Source: the human T2T-CHM13v2.0 reference genome, Homo sapiens
Reading direction: 5' to 3' (one strand)
DNA: 64,000 bases
Assembly: GCF_009914755.1 (NCBI RefSeq)
Contig: NC_060947.1
Within the stretch, counting starts at the first letter, position 1. Every line of letters starts with the position of its first letter. Below the pieces are notes generated by a model. It had not been told where the DNA came from. It saw nothing but the letters and a program-made list of their open reading frames with translations, and ran no database searches. Below, piece after piece: positions 55,596 through 64,000 of the stretch. Position numbers and translations under genes: made by a program.

Positions 55596-57026
55596 TAGCA
55601 ATGAGACAAAGACAAAAGGAGAAGGAAAAAAATGGGAGAGGTGGGGGATGGACAACATTAAATCCTGTAGAATATGTGACCTCCAAGATGTCTCCCCTCC
55701 AGGCTGTGCCCCAGCTGCAAGGTAGAGGATGGGTAATCCACATTGAGTACGGAAGAGAATGGGCCAGGGAGTACAGGGTCTGGGTACCAGAGCTGAGAAA
55801 GCTGAGACCCACATGTGCACCTTGGTGACTTCACCATGTGACTCCACATGCCATATGGGACAGGTCATATGGGAAACCCCAATGGTGCCTTTGCTGCAAA
55901 TCTGGAAAAGACATGGTCATAGGGCACCTCCAGTGTCCTGCCCCTGCTTGGCCCAGTTTTATTTGCTGGTGTTTTGCCACCAGAAATAGCCCTTGCATTG
56001 TCCTAATCTGTATTTGTGAATTGTGCTGGTTTCCTGGAGATTGTCACCACCTGCCAAAGGTGGGTGCATTAAAAGGCACCACTGGTTCTTGGGCTTCGTG
56101 GTGTCTCATGAGTTCAAGCATACCTCTGGCCCAGGCCACTGTCACTGTCTGTTAGTTGAAGAAAAAGCAGTTCTCAGCTGCAAGCAAGGACCACCTTTTG
56201 TAACTGTCACTGTCCTGGCCTTGAGAAAAGAGTCCACCCTCCTTGGGGCACCCCACGGATGACACAGTCAGTACTAGAGGTTCCAGAGAGGGTGGGTGAA
56301 GCTGTTGATCTCTTCATAATTGGCACAGACTATTTTGGATATTTCTAGGTGGGCAGTTTCTTTGCATGTTTCAGGAGAGGTTAATTGATTTTGGGGTTGC
56401 ATGGCAGGCCTTTAGTTTGGGTCTTATTTTAGTGGTTGTTTGGGGCCCCCAGGGAGAGAGATGGGCAGTGGATGGGGCTTTTCTATGTGCTCCTGTGTGC
56501 TTTTGTTTTCATTTCGCGTTCTTCCCCCTCCACAAGCCAAAGTCGTTTCCTGTGGTTTCCACTGTGTGGACAGTGCTCAAGCACAGTGCTTGCCAGAAGG
56601 ATTAGGGGCTGGGTAAGCCCCAGGTCACAGACAGATGAAGCAGATAAACTGTTCTTCTGGTTCCTGTCCAACCTCAGAGGGGCAAAAACCCTCCCCAGGA
56701 AGGAGAAGAGTGTTCAAAAGCCAGACTTTTGGAGAAGAGGCAGCTGGGCATTGCTGAAAGCCTTCATTATGAACTGTGGAGAAGCAGCCCTTGCCCCTAC
56801 TGTGGGCTGAGGGGACCACAGCTGGGTACCCTGGGTCAGACTGAAGCCAACAATGCCAGCTGCCCCTTTTGGCCTGCTGGCAATGCCACGGGTGCCAGAG
56901 AAGATGGAGGATCCCTGTGCCAGGAGCCCACTTGGACTTCGCAAGGGGCAGTACCCGGGTGAAGAGGGAAGAAAGAATATAAAGTTCCCTGTAGGTCCTC
57001 TGTCAAAAAAAGTAAAAATAAAAATT
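55596..57026 (+). pseudogene. Probable processed retrocopy of an mRNA 3'UTR (parent gene not identified)
   Basis: GC-richer block with no repeat motif I recognise. TATAAA/AATATA signal at 56976-56983, A-rich tail at 57005-57024, flanking direct repeat agatggtcatc (55585-55595) / agatggccatc (57027-57037). No credible ORF. Confidence 0.7.
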
Positions 57027-57185
57027 AGATGGCCATCCATATGATAGAGAACATGCTACTCTTATTAATTTTAAATATAATTGGAATGAAAATTCATACT
57101 CTTAAAAAGAATCTTGTAATAAACTCAAGGACACAAAACACTCCTGGAAACATGACGTCCACCACTGGGGAGACATGCTCTAGGG

Positions 57186-57345
57186 CAGTGGTTCTTAATT
57201 TATTTGTCATCTCTTTGTAAATCAAGTTAAAAAAAAAAAAAAACATTGGTTTTATCCCAGCAAAGTTTACATGTGTGCACAAACAATATTTTGAATATCG
57301 TTTCAGTAAGTTTATGAATGTCCTGATGGCAATCCAAGGACTAGC
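57186..57345. mobile_element. MER103C-like hAT fragment
   Basis: cagtggttcttaa...tgcacaaacaatattttgaatatc...tttcag...atccaaggac. Confidence 0.5.
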
Positions 57346-57419
57346 ATAATTACATTATTTCATTGAATTCTTCCAATTATCTTGGTAAGTAGTATCCTGT
57401 AGAGAAATCTCAGAGTAGC

Positions 57420-58070
57420 ATAATTATGCTCCCTTTTGTATGTTAATTGCTTTTTCTCCAAGATTTCCTTAGGATACTTTTTTCTTAATCTTCAAATATC
57501 AGTAACTTTACCAGTTACTTTCCCTAGGAAACAGCCTAATTTGCTCTTCAGAGTCAAACAAGACTTTTATTTCAAAAACACTTTCTTCTATTAAATCTTT
57601 GAATGCATTTTTCCATCTTTTCTGTTCTTTTCTTTCATCTGAATTCCATATCTAATGATCTTTTTATAATTTTATATCTCATTCATTTTAATTTTCATTT
57701 TGTGTAATTTTTTTGAAGTTTCACTTCCATGTCACTGATTGTGGCATCAAATACTGTTTATTCTGTTTATGATTGCATCCAATGTGACACTTATTTTTGT
57801 AAATATTTAATTTCTAATTTATTTTTATTTCTCATATTTCTCTTCATTGATGACTTTTCTTCATCTTCTGCTTCACATCTTTTTTAAACAAGACTGTGAT
57901 ACCTGTATGCTTTTTGAAATTATAGACAAATTTCTTTTCACCTCTTAGCTTTTAAGTCATCCTTGTTATAATACATGCTATTCATTTGCTTTTGAATTAT
58001 GTTTTTCCTTTCTTGATTTTGTAATTTCTACTCATTGGTCAAATCGTTTTTCATTGATTCTTTATCTTTG
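57420..58070 (-). mobile_element. Ancient L1/HAL1 ORF1-region fragment
   Basis: Strongly T-rich strand with motifs such as atcttcaaatatcagtaactttaccag; very diverged. Confidence 0.4.
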
Positions 58071-58487
58071 TTTTGAAATTGGACCAGCTGTTGATGAATT
58101 TAAAGAGCACCCTTACTAGTGCTGGCCTTCCTAAGAATAAATTTTTTATCTTTCTTACTATTAGTAAGACTCTCTGTTACTCATGATCTAACATAATTTC
58201 TAATTGATGCATGTTCAATTGATAATGGAGATGTGACACTTGTGAATGTTTGTATACCAGATATCATTGTGTTATCATTCATAAAACAGAAACTGTAAGA
58301 AATGCAAGAAAAAATAGAGAAAATTACATTAGTATTAATATTAGTAAGTCTTGGTTTACTTGTCCTCATTCATATTACATCAACTATACAGAATTATACA
58401 AATATATTGACTAAAATAAATGCCATACTTCAATGAGGTAAAACTAATTGTAATATTTTGAACTCAAATTAACTGATCGAAAAAGTA

Positions 58488-58819
58488 AGCCAGGAGGGGT
58501 GGCTCATGCCTGTAATTCTAGCACTTTGGGTGGCTGAGGCAGGAGGATAGCTTGAGACCAGAAGTTTAATACCAACCTAGGCAACAAAATGAGGCCCTGT
58601 CTCTACAAAAAATAAAAAATCAACCAGGCATGGTGGTGTACACCTATACCCGCAGCCCCTCAGGAAGCTGAGGCAGGAGGATCACTTGAGTCAGGGAAGT
58701 CGAGGCTGCAGTGAGCTGTGATTGTGCCACTGTACTCCAGTCTGGGCAACAGAGCGAGACCCTGCCTCAAAAAAACAGCAACAAAAAAACAAAACAAAAC
58801 AAAACAAAAAACGCAAAAA
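58488..58819 (+). mobile_element. AluJ
   Basis: ggaggatagcttgag...gtcgaggctgcagtgagctgtgattgtgccactg, with a (caaaa)n tail. Confidence 0.92.
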
Positions 58820-59614
58820 ATATTTTGGCAAGACCATAGAAGACGTAAATAATGTGATTCATTAGCTTGGCTTTGCAGTAACGAAAATGGTGAATTAAAA
58901 TTTACCAAAATTCTTTTGAATTTGTCTATTGCTTCCATTTATTCTGTCACTTTTTGCTTTGTAGACTTGAGGAGTATGTTATTAGACATGTACAAGTCCA
59001 GAATTGTCATGTCTTTTTGATGGATTAACACTTACATCATTACAAAATATCTCTCTTTCTAGGAATGGTTTTGCCCCAAAGTTTACTTTGTCTGATATTA
59101 GTCCAGCTACACCAGATTTCTTGTGGTAAGTTGTTGTATCACTATTTCTGTGCTCTTTAAACATTTTTGCATACGTATATCTAAAGTGTGTATCTTACAA
59201 ACAGAATATATTTGAGTTCTGTTTTTTGTCCAGTCTGGTAATTGCTGGAATATTCAAACCATTAACATTTAATGTGATTACTTACATATTTGTATTTAAA
59301 TCTGCCATCATACTTGCTTTTCTACATGTTTCATATACTTCATGTTTTTTCTCTCCTTTCTTGCTTTCTTTGCATTGATTAAATATTCTTTTATTGTTCT
59401 ATTTATCCTCTATTATTTTCTTTCCCCTCTATTAGCTTATTATTCTATTCCCCATTTGTTAGCTTATTACTTAGACATTTTTACTCTTCTTTTCAAGATT
59501 ATCCTACAGATTAAAACATGAATTCTTTATTCATTAGTTGTAATATAAATTAGATGTTTTCCTACATCCCAGAAAATTCAAGGACCTTTGAACACATAAA
59601 TTTCATTTATTCTT

Positions 59615-60029
59615 TGTGGTAGATTGTATTGTTTCTTTTTTCAGATTCAACATAAATAAAAATGTAAAAAATACATTTTTATTTCTGTATTCTGGTAAAA
59701 GATTGTATAAGTCTTTGGCTACATGACTAACATTGGTCAAAAGAATGTAAATAGAAGTGGCTATATGTGATGTTTAAGAAGAAACTTTAGCGGTATTGGA
59801 TAATTCTTCCATTTCTCTTTTTGTTCTGCTATGAGAATAGAATATCTCAAATAGTGGTTACTTCTACTGGCTGGTTTTTGCAATGAAGACAATATATGGT
59901 GAAGAACTAAAGCCAACTCAGAGCTACTGTGGTCAACATAAAATGTGAGAAAACAATAATTGTTGTGATAATGTATTGAGATTTGGGTAATTGTTACTGT
60001 AGCATAGCTTATGGATGCTAACCAAAACA
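59615..60029 (+). mobile_element. MLT1 (G/H/J-like) LTR
   Basis: tgtggtagattg...catgactaacattggtcaa...gagatttgggtaattgttactgtagcata...aaaca. Confidence 0.7.
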
Positions 60030-60319
60030 CTCCTTCTTTTCTTTTGTGTTATATTGAAATGTATTTTACTTCTAAATGTATAAAAACAGTCTTGGACATT
60101 ATCATTACAGCTTTATGCAGCCTATATTTATTTAAAATTATTTACATGTTTACCTCCTTTTTTTTTTTTCTTAGAAAACTTTTCATTCCTTCTGACTTCT
60201 CTGCGTTTCTATCTGGGATCATTTTCCTGTTACATGAAGAAATCCTTTTGGTAATTCTCACTATGTTGTTATGCTGGTGATTAATTTTCTTAGTTTTTGT
60301 TTCTCTCAAATCATTTTTG

Positions 60320-60661
60320 CTTTTTTTATTTTTAATTTTGTAGAGGCAGAGTGTCACTCTGTCATCCAGCCTGGAGTGCAGTGATGTTATCACAGCTCAC
60401 TGCAGCCTTGAACTCCGGGGTTCAAGTGATCATTCTACCTCAGCCTTCCAAATATCTGGGAGTACAAGCATGCACCATCACACCCAGATAACTTTTTTTC
60501 TTTTTCTTTCTTTGTTTTCTTTTCTTTTTTTTTGTTTGTTTGTTTGTAGAAACAGCATCTCACTATGATGCCCAGGCTGGTCTTGACCTCCTGGTCTCAA
60601 GCAATCCTACGTCAGCCTCCCAAAGTGCTGGGATTATAGTTGTTAATCACCATGCCCAGCC
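60320..60661 (-). mobile_element. AluJ with expanded central T-rich linker
   Basis: cacagctcactgcagccttgaactcc...gcctcccaaagtgctgggatta...catgcccagcc. Confidence 0.9.
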
Positions 60662-60926
60662 TTGCTTTGCTTTTGAAGAATGTTTTTGGTGGGTAGAGAA
60701 TTCTAGGTTGGCAGTTATTTCAGCATTTTGAAGATTCCATTCCATTGCTTTCTGGCCTCCATCATTTCTGTTGAGAAGTTTGTTAGATGTTATAGGATTT
60801 CTCCTTTGAAGATAAATATATCTTCCCTCCGATTGCTGTCAAGATTTTATTTTTGTTTTTGATTTTCAGTAGTTTGATGCATCTGCATGTAATTTTCTTT
60901 ACATGCGTCTTACTTGTGGTTTCTAG

Positions 60927-61400
<474 letters not shown>

Positions 61401-62185
61401 CATACTATTGTTTTGTATTTTCTATCCTTTTATCTCTTTATGTCTCACTTCTGAGCATGTTATTCTGAACTATATTCCAGTTTTATAATTCTTTCATTAG
61501 CTATATCTAATCTTTTAAATGTACTTAATGTGTTCTTAATTTTAGTTATTATAATTTTTCTATTAAAAAATTTCCATTGGCTTCTTTCTTAATTATAATT
61601 TCTAATTCTCTAGTGGAATCTCTGAACATAAGAACAGTTATTTTAAAGTAGTGCTTGGTAATTTTAATATCTGATCTCCTGGAGGACTATTTCTGCTGTT
61701 TCGTTTTTCTCTTATCTGCACACCAATTTTTTATTGTATCTGATCATTGTGTATAAAAAACTATAAAGACAATTTGAAGCTCTGGACTATGTTTTCTTCC
61801 TTCAGTGAGGATTTAACTTTGTTTTTGCTAGGTAGTTATGGTAAAGGTATATCACCTTTACCAATCAGGTATTGAGCTATTTTAAAGCTGGATTTTAGTC
61901 ATTTGAATGAAGGCTAGAGTATTTGCCATTCAGCATTATTTTTAAATTAGAGGTCTTTGGGGATCCCAACTTAAAGGCTATGATGTTTAGCAAGCTCCCT
62001 CCTTTTTCACAGGCTCTGAAGTTTAGTCCTTCCCCCAAGCCTATGGAACTTCCAGAAGCCTTCCTCATCTTTTCAGCTTCTTAAGCACCACCATCTGCTT
62101 GTCTTCTTTGCTTCTCAGACACAATATTTTGCTCAGCTTCCTGGCCTCTCAGAAGGCAGTTTGGATTTTCAAAGGCCTTGAAGTA

Positions 62186-62700
62186 TGTATATTATCTTCC
62201 TATTGTGGCTTAAAACAAAACACATTTATTATCTCATAGTTGCTGTGGGTCAGGGGTCTGGGCCCAGCTTGCCTGGGTGCTCTGTTAAGGAACTCACAAA
62301 TATGTGATCAAGATGTTATAGAGGCTACATTCTCATCTGGAGGCTTAACTTAAAGAATCTGGCAGAATTCATTTCCTTAAGGCTATATGATTGAGGGATC
62401 CAGATTTCTGCTGGCTAGAGGTCATCTTCAAGTCCTAGAGGCCACCTGCTCTTTCCTGCCATGTGACCTTCTCTGCTGGCAGTTCACAACATGGCAGGTT
62501 GCTTCTTAAAGGCCTGCATGAGAGTATCTGTCTCCAAACAGCTAAGATAGAGTCTTACATAATGTAACCTGATAATGAGAGTGACAGCCAGCACCTTTGC
62601 TATATACTATAACCAAATTAGGTTAGTGAAATCTCATTTCCTATTCCATATGCTATTGACTAGAAGCAACTCAGAAGTGCCATCCACACTTAAGGCCTCA
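62186..62700 (-). mobile_element. MLT1E-like LTR
   Basis: gtggcttaaaacaaaacacatttattatctcatagtt...tgtgggtcagg...ggcagaattcatttcctt...gagtgaca. Confidence 0.75.
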
Positions 62701-62704
62701 GGGT

Positions 62705-63516
62705 CGTATGAATTCCTGTAATGCCTCCAAAATGTGGTACTGGTTTTTATTTATTATTTTCATAGTTAGAAGCAGTTCTAGTGGCTTTCATTTGGCCTTT
62801 TCTTCCATAATAGCCTTCTCTATATATGTCACAGAACCAATGTGGTTATTGTGCCAGTTACTGAGCATGTCTATTCCAGGTATATATATTTTAAATGGAG
62901 AAATAGACCCTTGATGGGTATGGATACCCACTGGGACCACTTTGGGATAGAACTGAGCTGAAATTCCATCACCTGACCTTTTACCTCCATAAGCGCGTAC
63001 TCTAAGTGTGTGGACATCAGTGACATTTTGGGTCTTCAGGAATTAGTGTCAATTCAGAGCCAGCATCTAGTAATTCCCCCAAAGACTGATTATTTCCCCT
63101 TCCCAAATGTATAATCACCTAGGTAAATAGTAAAAGTCTGCAAGTAACTCTGGGGAAGGCTAGTAGGAAGACTAATAGAATAAATTTGTGGCAGTGTATT
63201 AGGCTCTTTCCTCAAGTGGGCCCGATCTCCCCTTTGTTCAATCAATTTTAGGTTGGTGAACTGGCTCAAATCTGGGAATTGACTCAAGGGTTATCATATT
63301 TTAGGGATTCAAGTAAGGCTTCCGTTCACTAAGGCTAGATCTGTTCTGCTTATATAGATCAAGTAAGAATTTAGTAAACTGTCCATCTATTTTTTTTTAG
63401 AGGCACTGTGATCAACCAGCCAACACTAAAGATTTCTGTGAGCCAGACTCTTCTAATCACTGCTTTGACTCTGCTGGCAATTATGGTAACTATACTAATC
63501 TTGTCTTAGGCAATTT
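62705..63516 (-). mobile_element. ERVL-type internal region (gag/protease remnant)
   Basis: The minus strand around 63020-63105 translates GNNQSLGELLDAGSELTLIPEDPKCH, a retroviral protease LLD(T/A)G motif. The element appears to resume after the MLT1B/C at the window end. Confidence 0.8.
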
Positions 63517-63972
63517 GTATTAGTTTCTTAGGTTTGCCATAATAAAGTACCACAAACTGGGTGGCTTAAAACTATAGAAATTTATTCTCCCACATTATGG
63601 AGGCTAGAAGGCTGAAATCAAGGTGTTAGCAAGGTTGGTTCTTTCTGAGGCTCTGAAAGGGAATCTATTCCATACCTCTCTTCTAGCTTCTGATGAGTGC
63701 TGGCAATCCTTGGCATTCCTTGGCTTGCAACTGCTTTGCTCCAACCTCTGCCTTCGTCATGACACAGCATTCTTCCTGTGCATCTCTATGTCTAAATTTC
63801 CCTCTTATGAGGACACCAGTCATTAGATTAAAGACCACTTTAATCCATTACAACCTCATCTTAATTTAATTATATCTACACAGATCCTATTTTCAAATAA
63901 GGTCACATTCACAAATACTGGGGGCTAGGACTTCAACATATCTTTTTGAGGGAACACAATTCAATTTACAAA
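63517..63972 (-). mobile_element. MLT1B/C-like solo LTR
   Basis: tgtattagtttc...aagtaccacaaactgggtggcttaaaac...aaataaggtcacattcaca...aggacttcaacatatcttttt...acacaattca. Confidence 0.88.
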
Positions 63973-64000
63973 GGCAATTAAGTGCTGCCACTGCCACTTG

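Noticed and set aside
55530-57044. Cluster of overlapping 60-124-aa ORFs as a coding locus
   Set aside because: The ORFs lie in many frames on both strands with no recognisable domain, as expected for GC-richer UTR-like sequence.

Overview
This is AT-rich, repeat-dense primate genomic DNA, almost certainly human because it carries an AluYa5 with all five diagnostic bases. I recognise no host protein-coding gene, tRNA, rRNA or CRISPR array. Most of the window is transposable element. The main elements are: a near full-length L1PA2-like LINE-1 (10391-16412) with intact ORF1 and antisense ORF0, a frameshifted ORF2 and no 5' YY1 site; an L1MA4-like relic (27033-34200) with two nested L1s, one of them twin-primed; and an uninterrupted full-length L1MA2-like element (42492-50222). 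There are also eight Alus plus MaLR/ERVL LTRs, L2, MIR and hAT elements. The most unusual observations are: (1) a 46-bp filler at an L1-L1 junction copied from a site 17.8 kb away and ending in a snap-back hairpin; (2) a twin-primed L1 that landed next to the homologous position of its host L1, giving a ~1.07-kb inverted repeat; (3) a possible L1 antisense-promoter/ORF0 chimeric transcript with a candidate downstream exon; (4) a 1.4-kb probable 3'UTR-only retrocopy; (5) an MER121-like ancient element; and (6) a 39-bp perfect AT-rich inverted repeat. I found no evidence of a new multi-gene system. Repeat subfamily names come from remembered consensus features rather than a search, and boundaries of old elements are approximate.
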